A stretch of 64,000 nucleotides of DNA from an uncultured delta proteobacterium. Its GTDB lineage: Bacteria; Desulfobacterota; Desulfomonilia; UBA1062. Location: assembly GCA_963798485.1 (NCBI GenBank), contig CAWCTR010000017.1:160001-224000 (forward strand), written 5' to 3'. Made by a program: the position numbers and the translations under genes. Numbering within the stretch: the stretch's first letter is position 1; every line of letters starts with the position of its first letter. Shown here piece by piece: positions 10,647 to 21,382 of this stretch. Below the pieces are notes generated by a model. It was not told the origin of the DNA. It saw only the letters and a list, made by a program, of their open reading frames with translations, and did no database searches.

Positions 10647-11913
10647 ATTCGGGGTCATCGGTCTCGGACGGGTGGGGGGGGCCATGCTCACACTCCTCAA
10701 AGATGCAGGTCACGTGCCGGTTTGGGCAGTATCCTCCAATACTCATATTAATAATATCCCCGTTTATACTGATATCCCCTGCTCCCCTGAAGGGGTCCAG
10801 GTTGTTTTTATCGCAGTGCCTGACAGTCATATCAGCAGGGTTGCTGAGGAGATCAACGCGTCCTGGGGTCAGTCAGTAAAAGGTATTGTCTTTTTTCACT
10901 TCAGCGGGCTTCTCACCTCAGGCGAGCTTGCAGTCCTGTCCAGGGCAGGGGCGACCATCGGCAGCCTCCATCCCCTCCAATCCATTACCGATGCAGCCCA
11001 GGCCCGGCAGATTCTGAAAGGGAGCATCTTCACCTTCGAGGGAATGGAAGGGGCCGTCAGGATCGCCGGAGACCTTGTTGACTCAATAGGCGCGGTCATG
11101 ATGACTATCACACAAGAACACAAGGTGCTCTACCATGCCTCTGCCGTTATGGCGTCAAATTATCTGGTGGCGCTTCTCAATCAGGCGTCCGTGATCATAG
11201 ATAAAGTTGGTATGGGTCTGAATCACCTTATGCCGCTCATCAAAGGGACCCTGTCCAACATTGAGGAGCATGGCAGCAAGGCCCTGACCGGGCCCATTTC
11301 CCGGGGCGACTGGACAACGGTAGAAGGGCATGTAAAGGCACTCCGGGAACATTTCCCCGATTTTATACCAACATATATTGAACTAGGCCGGTCCTGTGCC
11401 CGCATGGCAGGAAGGCAGTTCCCATACGAACTCTTCGAAAGTCCAAAGCTCATGGATCTTGGTGAGCTTTGCAATGCACTGCTTTCCAAGCAAGCCCGGG
11501 GCATGAAGGTGGTCTTTACCAACGGCTGTTTCGACATAATTCACGCAGGTCATGTAACCTATCTAAGCAAGGCCAGGGCCCTGGGCGACTGTCTTGTGGT
11601 CGGGCTGAACTCCGATGTATCGGTGAAAAAACTCGACAAGGGCCCGGACAGGCCCATAAACAACGAGCGCGCGCGCGCAGCAGTGCTCGGTGCGCTTGCA
11701 TGCGTGGATCATGTGGTCCTCTTCGATGAGGATACCCCCCTGAACCTCATTGAAAGGCTACGGCCCGATGTACTGGTAAAGGGCGGCGACTGGGCAGTGG
11801 AGGACATCGTGGGTGCCGATACGGTAAAGTCCTCGGGAGGTAAGGTTCTCACCATCCCCTTTAAAGACGGTTTTTCGACAACCTCTCTCATCGAAAAGAT
11901 CAGACAGAAGTGA
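10636..11913 (+). CDS. Fusion of Rossmann-like/DUF2520 oxidoreductase and RfaE-domain-II heptose-1-phosphate adenylyltransferase
   Basis: N-half: [35 protein letters not shown]-half: [33 protein letters not shown]. Confidence 0.85.
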   Translation: MSYRFGVIGLGRVGGAMLTLLKDAGHVPVWAVSSNTHINNIPVYTDIPCSPEGVQVVFIAVPDSHISRVAEEINASWGQSVKGIVFFHFSGLLTSGELAVLSRAGATIGSLHPLQSITDAAQARQILKGSIFTFEGMEGAVRIAGDLVDSIGAVMMTITQEHKVLYHASAVMASNYLVALLNQASVIIDKVGMGLNHLMPLIKGTLSNIEEHGSKALTGPISRGDWTTVEGHVKALREHFPDFIPTYIELGRSCARMAGRQFPYELFESPKLMDLGELCNALLSKQARGMKVVFTNGCFDIIHAGHVTYLSKARALGDCLVVGLNSDVSVKKLDKGPDRPINNERARAAVLGALACVDHVVLFDEDTPLNLIERLRPDVLVKGGDWAVEDIVGADTVKSSGGKVLTIPFKDGFSTTSLIEKIRQK

Positions 11914-11952
11914 TTCTTAAGGATTGTGGGTGGTGAAGGAACTGCAGAAACC

Positions 11953-12006
11953 GGGCGGGTTCACCCCTTGGGAACGGCTATTGCGTCTTGAAAGGTGAAC
12001 CAGCCC
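11953..12006. terminator. Stem-loop between convergent genes
   Basis: GGGCGGGTTCACC ... GGTGAACCAGCCC inverted repeat with a long loop. Confidence 0.4.
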
Positions 12007-12015
12007 CGCACAAGT

Positions 12016-13077
12016 CTAGAATCCGAAGACAAAGCGACCGGCGTATCTCCGGTCTACCCTCTGGCCTGCATAGGCCCCTACCTCTTCGGCATAGGTCAAG
12101 AGATCGAACCTAACTATCCTGGCTTCAAGGTTCAGTCCCGCGGTGAGATATCCCTGATAAAGCCCTGCGCGCACGTTGATGATATCAAGGAATTTACATT
12201 CAACGCCGAGCCTGAGCCTCTTGGCGATGTCGCTGTCCTGTTTGAACTGGTTGAAGATGTCCACATAATCGATGGCGAACGTGGCACTGGTAAATTTAAA
12301 GTCCACGTCCTGGGCATACCCGATGTCGACGTGCTGGGTCGCATCCGCTGCATCGCCGAGGCCGCCGCCTATGAGATTGTTTGCAGAGATCCCGACCCGG
12401 GAATTCGCAAATTGGAGTTTGCTTAATTTATAGATGACTCCGAGGTCCACCAAGATACCATTGCCTTTTTTCAGATCATCATTGATCCTGTCCGAGAGCT
12501 TATTAGAGAGGTCCGCAATGGTGTATTCCTGGGTAAGGCTCTGCCGTTGGATATATTTTGCGCTGGCCCCCACCAGGAGGTTGTTATCGAGGAAGGGATG
12601 TGCATACCCTGCGCCCAGGCCGATATCGTTTATTACATCAACATCCAGCTTGGGATACTGACGGTCCCTCACATCCAGGTCCAGCCTCCCGGTACCGAGA
12701 ACACAGAAAGCGAACCGGGGCATGGAATAGCTTGGAACAATGGCAAGGCCGAGATGATCATGGTCCCCCATGTGGTCCCTGACAAACTGTGAACTCTCTG
12801 TGCCATTACTGAAGTCCGTTTTCAGGCCATCTTGTATGAGGGAAACGGTATTTTTGTCTGTTTCTATCTCAAGACTGAAGAGGGAGACGCGGGTCTTTTC
12901 AATATCAGCAAGGCCTGCCGGATTATAGAACAGGGCATTGGCGTCATTGGAGACCGCGACAAAGGCGCCGCCCATGCCCATGGGCCTGAATCCCTTGTAG
13001 ATATAGGGATATTCATCAGCCAGGCATAAGCTGGAAACAAATAACAAGAGAATCATCAGAAACATTGTCTTTCGCAT
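12016..13077 (-). CDS. Outer-membrane beta-barrel (TraF-like/FadL-like)
   Basis: Signal peptide, RPMGMGGAFVAVSNDANALFYNPAGL motif, terminal Phe, RBS AGGAGG. Confidence 0.8.
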   Translation of the reverse strand: MRKTMFLMILLLFVSSLCLADEYPYIYKGFRPMGMGGAFVAVSNDANALFYNPAGLADIEKTRVSLFSLEIETDKNTVSLIQDGLKTDFSNGTESSQFVRDHMGDHDHLGLAIVPSYSMPRFAFCVLGTGRLDLDVRDRQYPKLDVDVINDIGLGAGYAHPFLDNNLLVGASAKYIQRQSLTQEYTIADLSNKLSDRINDDLKKGNGILVDLGVIYKLSKLQFANSRVGISANNLIGGGLGDAADATQHVDIGYAQDVDFKFTSATFAIDYVDIFNQFKQDSDIAKRLRLGVECKFLDIINVRAGLYQGYLTAGLNLEARIVRFDLLTYAEEVGAYAGQRVDRRYAGRFVFGF

Positions 13078-13087
13078 GTGCGGCCTC

Positions 13088-14102
13088 CTAATTGCCATTG
13101 CCTGCGGTGGTATACCCGAGCAGTTTGGTGTTGATGAATGTGGCAAGTTGCGTTGCCGTGAATGTCCTGATCTTCGGCTCTATGAGCGAGGGGTCAGACC
13201 CTTCAGGCAGACCCACGATATCACACATGAAATTATTGAAATCATTGGTGATATTTTGGTCATTTCCAAGATTTTTAATGAAGACATTCACCGCGTTGTA
13301 CACGTTTGTCAGGTCAGTTTGAAGGCCTCCATCCTGGTTTTGGGTATCCGTTACAAGGCCCCCATAGGTTCCTCCGGTCCAGCTTCCGTTGTATGCTGCC
13401 AGGCTGGGAGAATTAACGGTTAGGTATGAGTCCAAGTTGTTTCCCAGGGTAATCACATCCGGGGCAGTTGGGAACAGCTGCTGGTAGGCACTCTGTGATA
13501 AGGGGAGGTTGATATCAGTGCCGTTGGTAAACTTGTATTCTTTAGCCGTGACGTAGCCGATGTCCAGGATGAAGTGGAGGGCGGATGCTATGCCCAGTTG
13601 CACGGTAAGGTCATCATCTCCCTTGTTGGAGATCAGGGCGTTGTTGAGGTAGTATTCGGCCTTGGCTAAATACGTAAGGTAGGTAGTAACCGAGTCTTCA
13701 GATATGGTTACGTAATCTCCATTCGATCCGGTCGATTTCGCAATCACAGAAGATGAAGCGCCGGAATTGCCTGTATTGAGTGATAGGGCCGATGCAATAA
13801 TATCAAAGTTTCCCAGGTTATTGTTAACTGCCGATTGTCGAAATCATATTCGTAACATCAAGCCCGGCCTTTCCCATGTAGGCAGATGCAAGGAGGCCCG
13901 AGGTCTCCGCGTCGGCCGAGCTTTCATAACTGCTCAGGGAGGAGATGACCTTGTCATAGTTCCCATCGTCGAGGGCCATCTTGGCCTCTTCAACTTTTGC
14001 CTCTTTGCCGGTTTTATCTGCAAGGGGTCCCAGCATGTTGCTCTCACAGCCCATAATAGCCATGAGGAGGATAACGGTGAATGTCAGGAGAACGTTTCTC
14101 AT
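13088..14102 (-). pseudogene. TPR-like lipoprotein interrupted by a 1-nt insertion (or sequencing error)
   Basis: Lipobox IMGC. AGT TAA CAA at 13829-13821. Removing one base at 13826/13827 joins the two ORFs (GSNNNLGNFDIIASAL...VIAKST). Confidence 0.7.
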
Positions 14103-14267
14103 AAATACCTCCGGTTCAGGGGTTTGGTTTAACCGTCTTTTCAACACAAGACAAAAGATAATACATTCGTATCACAGAATAGGGCTTTATTCAATATACC
14201 ATGGATTGCCATTTGAAAATACGGGCAGTGCCGCTTCGCCCCTGCCCATATAATATCAAGGAAAGGA

Positions 14268-15725
14268 CTATATCCCCGAAACAACCCTTCTGATATGGGG
14301 AATACAGATAAAGACAAGGCCAAGAAGCGACAGGAGAATCCTTGAAGGGGAGAATGGATCTGTTGAAGAACTTGTTATAAAGCAGCTGATTTTTTTATTA
14401 TCTTTAGTGTCAGAATCATTTCCTTCAGCACCCGCACCGAGAGAGACGGTAAGTGCGACAGTCGAACCGGCAACCACAGAGGTCCCTGCAGCAGGATCTT
14501 GGCTTATCACATTACCCGTAGGAACACTATCACTGTTGGCCTTGCTCACAGTCCCGACCACAAGCCCTGCACTGGTTAAGGTACTTGTTGCAATGACCTG
14601 GGTCATACCCACGACATTGGGCACGGTTACCCCTGAAGAAGTGGATGTCACCACCAGATCTATCGGCGTCCCGAGGTTTATCAGGCTGCCCGCTGTGATG
14701 GATTGGCTGATCACCCTTCCCGAAGCGATAGTGTTGCTTGATGCATAGGTCACCGTTCCGGTACTGAACTGGTGTAAGGTGAGAATGTTTGATGCGCTGG
14801 TCCGGCTAAGGCCTATGACACGCGGGGTGATATCATCAGTCCCAGGTGTGTTTGAGTAAAAATAGATTGCTCCTTTTCCCGAGTTGGAACTGTCGGACCA
14901 GTTACCTAAATACAAACCCGTATTATAATCAACAAGATAAAAGGTGATGCCCGTATGGTTTACAGTCACGGCAGCAGCGTTGCAGGTGCCCCCTGATAAG
15001 CTGACTGTTGAGGCAGTATTTCTATAAGATATATTGACACCGGAGTGGGCGGTATTCGTCTCGACAATATAATTGGTCGGAAGATCCCATACTATGTTGA
15101 GAGAGCCCGAATAGGGTGAACCGCCTTTGCTCGTTATTACCGCCGTTGCCAGTGGGTGCCCGGATGTGTCGAGTCCGGTAAAGTGGTACTCCCCGTGGAT
15201 ATCACCCTCGATATGGCCTCCGCTGAAAGACCCGGGCTGGTAATAATAGTACGTGGTGCCGGTGTAGGTGGTCCCTGATATGGTGCATTCCCAGTCCGAT
15301 CTCCCGAAGGTTGTGCCAGTGAGATTATATGATGGGCCGCTCAGGATATCATTGACATAGTACTCCACATTACTCCCGACAATGGTCCCGTTGCCCAGAG
15401 AACCTGTGACGTTCCCTGTACAGATATACCTCCTCTCATAGACAGTGGCGGTAACGGACGATAAGTCCTGGACAGAGGTGAATGACCCTGTTATTGAGAC
15501 ATTCATGCACTGCGAAAGGATATATTCGGCTGACCCGGAATACGTGACCCCCACTGCAGTGTCGGCATGGGTGAACTTAACGATAATTGCCGGAGTGAGG
15601 GTGGTGGGAGAGGTGTAAACATACATGGAACCTCTATGGGTCCAGTCCGCCCAAACCGATATGGGAGCAGTAATGAAGAATAGTATTGACAAGATGCCTA
15701 ATAAAAGAACGTGCTTCTCCTTCAT
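14268..15725 (-). CDS. Secreted Ser/Thr/Gly-rich protein with two PASTA domains and a CFI-type C-terminal anchor
   Basis: Signal peptide. PASTA motifs (VPNVVGMTQ...GNVISQDPAAG). Ends SCFI, hydrophobic segment, RR. Confidence 0.75.
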   Translation of the reverse strand: MKEKHVLLLGILSILFFITAPISVWADWTHRGSMYVYTSPTTLTPAIIVKFTHADTAVGVTYSGSAEYILSQCMNVSITGSFTSVQDLSSVTATVYERRYICTGNVTGSLGNGTIVGSNVEYYVNDILSGPSYNLTGTTFGRSDWECTISGTTYTGTTYYYYQPGSFSGGHIEGDIHGEYHFTGLDTSGHPLATAVITSKGGSPYSGSLNIVWDLPTNYIVETNTAHSGVNISYRNTASTVSLSGGTCNAAAVTVNHTGITFYLVDYNTGLYLGNWSDSSNSGKGAIYFYSNTPGTDDITPRVIGLSRTSASNILTLHQFSTGTVTYASSNTIASGRVISQSITAGSLINLGTPIDLVVTSTSSGVTVPNVVGMTQVIATSTLTSAGLVVGTVSKANSDSVPTGNVISQDPAAGTSVVAGSTVALTVSLGAGAEGNDSDTKDNKKISCFITSSSTDPFSPSRILLSLLGLVFICIPHIRRVVSGI

Positions 15726-15739
15726 AAAACCTCCTCACC

Positions 15740-15777
15740 TTTAGAAAAGGTTCATTACGATTGAACCTTTTTCTAAA
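15740..15777. terminator. Intergenic hairpin
   Basis: TTTAGAAAAGGTTCA / TGAACCTTTTTCTAAA inverted repeat. Confidence 0.5.
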
Positions 15778-15808
15778 ACAGTATACGGGTTAAATCCCCC
15801 GTTGGGTT

Positions 15809-16384
15809 TTATTCATCCGCTTCCGATGTAGTCGATGGTGTCTTGGTCACATTCTGGGTTAATTCTTCAACGGTAAGCCCATATGTTTCTGCTGTATCGT
15901 GGACTATATTCATAAAGAGGATCTGGCCGATCGCTCTCCAGCCGACGTTATCTGTCATACTGCCGATTTTGTTTATCGCTTGTGCATCGCCTATGAAGTA
16001 AGACAATTCACGCTCGGTAAAATCAGCAGAGTTCATCCGGTTCTGGCTTTTTACAATGGGGGTCAAGGTAATCTTGATTTTATCATTTGCTTCTACGATT
16101 CGCCCCTTTATCTGCATGTAATAATCACAGGGAGGCTTATCACCCATGGATGCAAATTTTTTATATTCGGTTGTCACCAGGCCTGCCTCTTTGTTTGCAA
16201 ACTTGATATCGAACCCACGGTTAACAAAGATATTGGTTAAAGACGCCAGTGCCTGGTCTTTGGTGACATCCGCTTTCTCCAGGCCGAAGGATTGTATATC
16301 AACCTTGGTTACAGGCAGAGAACAGGAGGATAACAACAGTAACAAGAACAGAGAGCCGATAGACTTTTTCAACACATGCTTCAT
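15809..16384 (-). CDS. Hypothetical lipoprotein
   Basis: Lipobox LSSC, RBS GGAGG. Confidence 0.75.
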   Translation of the reverse strand: MKHVLKKSIGSLFLLLLLSSCSLPVTKVDIQSFGLEKADVTKDQALASLTNIFVNRGFDIKFANKEAGLVTTEYKKFASMGDKPPCDYYMQIKGRIVEANDKIKITLTPIVKSQNRMNSADFTERELSYFIGDAQAINKIGSMTDNVGWRAIGQILFMNIVHDTAETYGLTVEELTQNVTKTPSTTSEADE

Positions 16385-16611
16385 TATAAAACCTCCCCGA
16401 TTTATGCCGTTATGCTGATGGTTTTTTCCAAGACCCTAACTTCTCATGCCCATCTTGATATCATTACATTATACATCTCCTTGGGCCTGATGTCTTCTTG
16501 AATATTATAAATACAAAAAGCATGTTCAATGCAAGAACGATAAACTCAATGCGAGATTATGTGCCCATGTTGTCATTGATATTGGTAATATGGTCTGTTA
16601 TAGCTCTAGGG

Positions 16612-17532
16612 ATGAACGATGACTTTGAGATACATCTCAAGGAGATCCTTAATAGCTCATCATCTTATACCGGTAGAATCGGTCAATATATCCTGGATTC
16701 CGGAGGAAAGCGCCTGCGACCGAAGATCGTAGGGCTTGTCGGCAGTGCGATAGGCCTGTCTCAATCGGCCTTGATGCCTTTTGCCTATACTGTTGAGCTT
16801 ATGCACACGGCCAGCCTGCTGCACGACGATGTGGTTGACGGAACGGAGATACGCCGTTCAAGACCCACGGCGAACCAGATCTTCGGCGACAAGCCGGCCT
16901 TGCTTGCAGGTGATTTCATTTCAGCATCGGCCATGGAAACCATGTGCGCACTGGGAGATATGCGCCTTGCCATGAGCGTGGTCCGGACGATCAAGAAGAT
17001 GTCCGAAGGCGAGCTCATGGAGCTTGAACACTCGCACTCCTTCCATGACAGCAAGGAAGTATACTTAAAGATTATCTATCTCAAAACCGCATCGCTGTTT
17101 GAACTCTGCAGCCTGGGCACCGGTATCATTGCCGGTCTTTCCGAAAATGCACTGGATGCCCTTGCTTCTTTCGGAAGGCTTGTCGGCATGGGGTTTCAGA
17201 TCGTGGATGACATCATCAATGTAAGCCCTGATGAAAGCGACAACAAAGATGCCTTCAATGATATTCTGGAGGGAAAGTCCACGCTGCCGCTGGTGATCCT
17301 TTTTAAGAATCGGCCTGAAGTGCTAAGAAAAACAGCGACATTTTCCAATCCCGAGGGAAAGAAAGATTATATTGTGCCCAAGCTTGATACGGCGATCCTC
17401 CGAAGCAGCAGGGCAATTGCCCAGGAATACCTTGATATGTCTATTCAAACCCTTCATGAGTCCGGCTATCTTACCAAAGAGCTCTCGGATATCCCTCGCC
17501 AGATCATTGCCCAGGTGGAAACCCGTTTCTAG
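16612..17532 (+). CDS. Polyprenyl diphosphate synthase
   Basis: GGKRLRP, LLHDDVVD, KTASLF, FQIVDD. Start position uncertain. Confidence 0.9.
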   Translation: MNDDFEIHLKEILNSSSSYTGRIGQYILDSGGKRLRPKIVGLVGSAIGLSQSALMPFAYTVELMHTASLLHDDVVDGTEIRRSRPTANQIFGDKPALLAGDFISASAMETMCALGDMRLAMSVVRTIKKMSEGELMELEHSHSFHDSKEVYLKIIYLKTASLFELCSLGTGIIAGLSENALDALASFGRLVGMGFQIVDDIINVSPDESDNKDAFNDILEGKSTLPLVILFKNRPEVLRKTATFSNPEGKKDYIVPKLDTAILRSSRAIAQEYLDMSIQTLHESGYLTKELSDIPRQIIAQVETRF

Positions 17533-17635
17533 TGTAAGATTACTGATGGCTTTTCCCTTCTTTATTCCTCGTATCTATTGATTTATTAGCGCATAATCCC
17601 TATGTTAAGAAACAAATGACCTATGGGGTGGGCAG

Positions 17636-18586
17636 TTGGAATATAAAGATTATTACAAGATCCTCGGCGTTGAGCGTAATGCGAGCCAGGAAGAGATAAA
17701 AAAGAAATACCGCAAACTTGCACGCACCTGTCATCCGGACATGTGCAAGAATGATCCTACAGCCGAAAAGCGTTTCAAAGAAATAAACGAGGCACATGAG
17801 GTCCTTGAAGATCCTGAGAAGCGCCAGCGCTATGATGCCTTGGGCAATAACTGGCAGGAAGGCCAATCTTTCAGGCCACCTCCGGGATTCGAGAATATCT
17901 TCACTGAGGGCGGCTTTGCTCAAAAGGGAAGACGCGCCGGGGGCAGAAGCTTCAGTTTCGAATTCGAACCCGGGGCCCGAGGCAGTGCGGGGCCAGGGGC
18001 ATTCTCGGATTTTTTCGAGACCCTCTTCGGAGAGTCGGGCATGGGCCGCCAGGGCGAGTACCGTTCCGCCTCTCCAAAGGGGAGCGACCTGGAGTCGGAG
18101 ATAACCGTCTCACTGGAGGACGCCCATAGGGGGGTCGCCAAGGAGATCCTCATCCAGGGACCTGGTGGAGAAAAGCGGCTGAATGTTAAGATACCCCAGG
18201 GCGCCTATGACGGTATGAAGATCCGTCTTGGCGGACAGGGCAATATGGGCCTTGGCGGGTCCGGAGACCTGTATCTGAAGATAAAGGTAAATCCTGACCA
18301 AAGGTACAAGCAGGAAGGATCAGACATCATCGTCGAGATACCGATAACCCCTTGGGATGCAGCCTTAGGGACCACCTGCGAGGTGGATACCCTGGATGGG
18401 AAACTCAACCTTAAAATACCCCCGGGTGTGTCTTCCGGCCAAAGGCTGAGACTCAAGGGCAAAGGCCTGGCCCACAAAGGGGATCTGCATGCTCAAATCA
18501 AGATAGTAACGCCAAAACGCCTGAGTAACGAGGAGAGGGAACTCTTTATTGAGCTGAAAAAGGTCTCATCTTTTAAGGCCGAATGA
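17636..18586 (+). CDS. DnaJ class B / CbpA-like chaperone
   Basis: J domain with HPD, G/F-rich linker, DnaJ C-terminal domain, no zinc finger. Confidence 0.92.
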   Translation: MEYKDYYKILGVERNASQEEIKKKYRKLARTCHPDMCKNDPTAEKRFKEINEAHEVLEDPEKRQRYDALGNNWQEGQSFRPPPGFENIFTEGGFAQKGRRAGGRSFSFEFEPGARGSAGPGAFSDFFETLFGESGMGRQGEYRSASPKGSDLESEITVSLEDAHRGVAKEILIQGPGGEKRLNVKIPQGAYDGMKIRLGGQGNMGLGGSGDLYLKIKVNPDQRYKQEGSDIIVEIPITPWDAALGTTCEVDTLDGKLNLKIPPGVSSGQRLRLKGKGLAHKGDLHAQIKIVTPKRLSNEERELFIELKKVSSFKAE

Positions 18587-18639
18587 AAGAAACCGATGCC
18601 GCCACCAAAAAACGGCGCCGGCTCAATACCCCTGCCAAC

Positions 18640-18978
18640 CTATTTTGTTTTTGAAGCGGTTTTCTTGGCTTCCTTCTGAGCCTGAGCAGGGATGTAGGTG
18701 TTCCGGCCTGTCAGGACGAGAGAGGGCCGTAGCTTATCAAGTTTTTTTTTGCTGATGCCCTTGATTTTTGTCAGGTCATCGATTGTCTTGAATGGCCCAT
18801 TCACCTGCCGGTATGCCACGATGGCCGCCGCTGTCTTTTCCCCTATCCCGGGCAGCATCATGAGTTCTTCCTTGGTTGCGGTATTCACGTTGATTACGCC
18901 TTGTGCCGCATATAATGGGACACTAAGGGCAAACAAGAATAAAAAGACACACCACACCACTTTTCCGACCTTCATCAT
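18640..18978 (-). CDS. comEA: ComEA-family helix-hairpin-helix DNA-binding protein
   Basis: Signal peptide plus INVNTATKEELMMLPGIG...IKGI. Confidence 0.85.
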   Translation of the reverse strand: MMKVGKVVWCVFLFLFALSVPLYAAQGVINVNTATKEELMMLPGIGEKTAAAIVAYRQVNGPFKTIDDLTKIKGISKKKLDKLRPSLVLTGRNTYIPAQAQKEAKKTASKTK

Positions 18979-19169
18979 TGAAAACTCCTTTCATAACAAA
19001 TTTGATTAATGATAATAGAACCGGGTACTACAAAGTCAAGATATACGAAATAAATCTCAAAAAAGTAAGAACAACAATATGACAGAATGATTACAAAAAC
19101 AGCACTGATTAAACTTTCCTCCCCATGAGCCGTATATATACCATATCATGTCATATTAAGGGGATGCCC

Positions 19170-20219
19170 ATGAACAAAACACTGTTGGCCTTGTTTGCCG
19201 GTGCCCTCATAGTCCTTGCCGGGTGCGGAGGCGGAGGCGGAGGCGGAGGTGGCGGAGGTGGAAGCAGTTCGAACAACAATGGAGCAGCCGGGACAAAACT
19301 GAGTCTGTTCACTGACCAAGTAAAATCCTGCGCGCCTTACCTCAGCATAGGCAGTCTCTCAAGCGCACCAGCCAATCCCCTTCTTGATGATTGGAATAGT
19401 TGGAGCCCTGATGTAAGCGGGTCAATCCTTGGTAAACTCTTTGATCCGGCAAACGGCAAGGATGAATGCATATACAGCCAGGTCCAGGTGCTCGATTCTC
19501 ATATTAACTTGGTAAACGAGTTCTCGGCTCTCTGGAACACTTCCGGAATATACACACAAGGCAATACCAAGGCAAATGTCGATACAACCGTCTCCTCGGT
19601 CACTATCCCCTTTCTTTCCTTAGATTTAGGTGCACTGGACCCTATGGACAGGCTTGTTACCCTGAGTGTGCCGGATCAAGATCTTACGATTAACATGGCC
19701 TTTTCACAAAATGGAGGCAATCAGACCATTGTGGAACAGTACACAATCGGGACAACTCAATCGTGTGTATTTCTTGCGCGAATAGTGGGAAATGATGTGG
19801 AGATATGGTGTGCAAGCATTAATGAAAGTACTCCTGTGAGCAAGGTCCAGATAATGTGGGAAGGGAATACCGGCTCCAAGACGTTCACGATCTCTGAGTG
19901 CACCAATGCTTCAGCAGGCAACAACTGGGAGGTAATGGGCGGAGGTAGTGTTGCAAGCTCCACAAGCGAAATGGCCTTTATGGCATGCAATTACCAGAAC
20001 GATGATTCATCAGATTCCGGCACATACTATATTACCACTACACTGAATGGTCTTGAGAACGGTACCTCGCAGCCGATTATCAATGCCGCTGCTATACCGC
20101 CCAACCCCAATACCGATATTGTACTGGCTTATATTAACGAGGATAACCCGGAATGTTTCGGATTCCTTGGTATACAAAATTATCCGAATACCCTTGAAGA
20201 TCTTGCCTGGCTCCAGTGA
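19170..20219 (+). CDS. Hypothetical lipoprotein with poly-Gly linker
   Basis: Lipobox LAGC followed by 12 Gly. Confidence 0.8.
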   Translation: MNKTLLALFAGALIVLAGCGGGGGGGGGGGGSSSNNNGAAGTKLSLFTDQVKSCAPYLSIGSLSSAPANPLLDDWNSWSPDVSGSILGKLFDPANGKDECIYSQVQVLDSHINLVNEFSALWNTSGIYTQGNTKANVDTTVSSVTIPFLSLDLGALDPMDRLVTLSVPDQDLTINMAFSQNGGNQTIVEQYTIGTTQSCVFLARIVGNDVEIWCASINESTPVSKVQIMWEGNTGSKTFTISECTNASAGNNWEVMGGGSVASSTSEMAFMACNYQNDDSSDSGTYYITTTLNGLENGTSQPIINAAAIPPNPNTDIVLAYINEDNPECFGFLGIQNYPNTLEDLAWLQ

Positions 20220-20253
20220 GTTCTGATTATCGAGTGATTTATCCGTAAAAGTC

Positions 20254-20293
20254 CGACAAGGGGGCCGGGCGTTCCCGCCCGGCCCCCTTGTCG
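20254..20293. terminator. Strong hairpin, probable terminator
   Basis: Perfect 18-bp stem CGACAAGGGGGCCGGGCG with a TTCC loop. Confidence 0.7.
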
Positions 20294-20463
20294 TTAACTG
20301 GCAAACCTACTTTACCAAGCCCGATTTGACCATGATTGGTTTGATGCTGCCGTCTTTTTCCATAGACTCGTATGCCTTGTCGAATTCCTTTGTTGTCGTG
20401 ATGATATTTCCTTCTTGTTACACTTGGTGTATAGAATAATCCCTTACAAGGAAGGATCAACCC

Positions 20464-21372
20464 ATGACGTTTAACAATGTAACAGATGTTCAAGAAAAAT
20501 TGCAGGTGGTCGGGTATATCACCTCCAGGGAGATTGCCACTGTTGTGTTCCTTGCCTCAGCCACCAAGAAGCCCATCCTTGTGGAAGGGCCTGCCGGCGT
20601 GGGCAAGACGGAGCTGGCAAAGGCGATCGCACGGGCGTTTGACTGCGAGCTTATCCGCCTCCAATGCTATGAGGGCCTTGATGAGGCCAAGGCGTTGTAC
20701 GAGTGGGAATATGCCAAGCAGCTCCTTTACACCCAGATGGTGAAAGAAAAGATCAGCGATGTCATTACCGGTGCAAAAACACTCTCCGATGCTGTTGACC
20801 GTATCGCCGACCAGGAAGACGCCTTCTTTTCCGAACGCTTCATCCAGCCCCGGCCGCTGCTTAAAGCGATCAGCTCAAAGGACCCCGTGGTCCTGCTCAT
20901 CGATGAGGTGGACAAGTCCGACCCTGAATTCGAGGCATTCCTGCTGGAGCTGCTCAGTGATTTTCAAGTCTCCATCCCCGAGATCGGTACCATGAAGGCC
21001 GTGAATATCCCCTTTGTCGTGCTCACCTCCAACAACTACCGCGACATGAGCGATGCATTGAAGCGCCGCTGCATCCATATCTATATCGAATACCCCGAGC
21101 GCGAGCTGGAGATGCGCATCGTCGCCATCAAGATCCCCGGGATTTCCGAGAGGCTTGCCGGACAGGTCGTTGATACCGTTCGAAACATCCGTAGCATTGA
21201 TCTGAAGAAGAAGCCGTGCATCTCGGAGACCATTGACTGGGCGCGGTCCCTGCTTGCCTTGAATGTAGAGGAAATCACCCCCGATGTTCTGCTCGAGACA
21301 CTGAACATGCTCTGCAAATACCGCTCCGATGCCCAGGCGGTAAAGGAAAAGGCGTTTACGCTGGTAAACTAG
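20464..21372 (+). CDS. MoxR-family AAA ATPase (CoxD-like)
   Basis: EGPAGVGKTE, RLQCYEGLD, LLIDEVDK, DALKRRC. Confidence 0.92.
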   Translation: MTFNNVTDVQEKLQVVGYITSREIATVVFLASATKKPILVEGPAGVGKTELAKAIARAFDCELIRLQCYEGLDEAKALYEWEYAKQLLYTQMVKEKISDVITGAKTLSDAVDRIADQEDAFFSERFIQPRPLLKAISSKDPVVLLIDEVDKSDPEFEAFLLELLSDFQVSIPEIGTMKAVNIPFVVLTSNNYRDMSDALKRRCIHIYIEYPERELEMRIVAIKIPGISERLAGQVVDTVRNIRSIDLKKKPCISETIDWARSLLALNVEEITPDVLLETLNMLCKYRSDAQAVKEKAFTLVN

Positions 21373-21382
21373 GTTTGCCCTT

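Noticed and set aside
13824-13826. Stop-codon readthrough (Sec/Pyl)
   Set aside because: The codon is TAA and the continuation is in another frame.
19227-19262. (GGCGGA)n tract as a phase-variation switch
   Set aside because: The unit is a multiple of 3 and only encodes a Gly linker.
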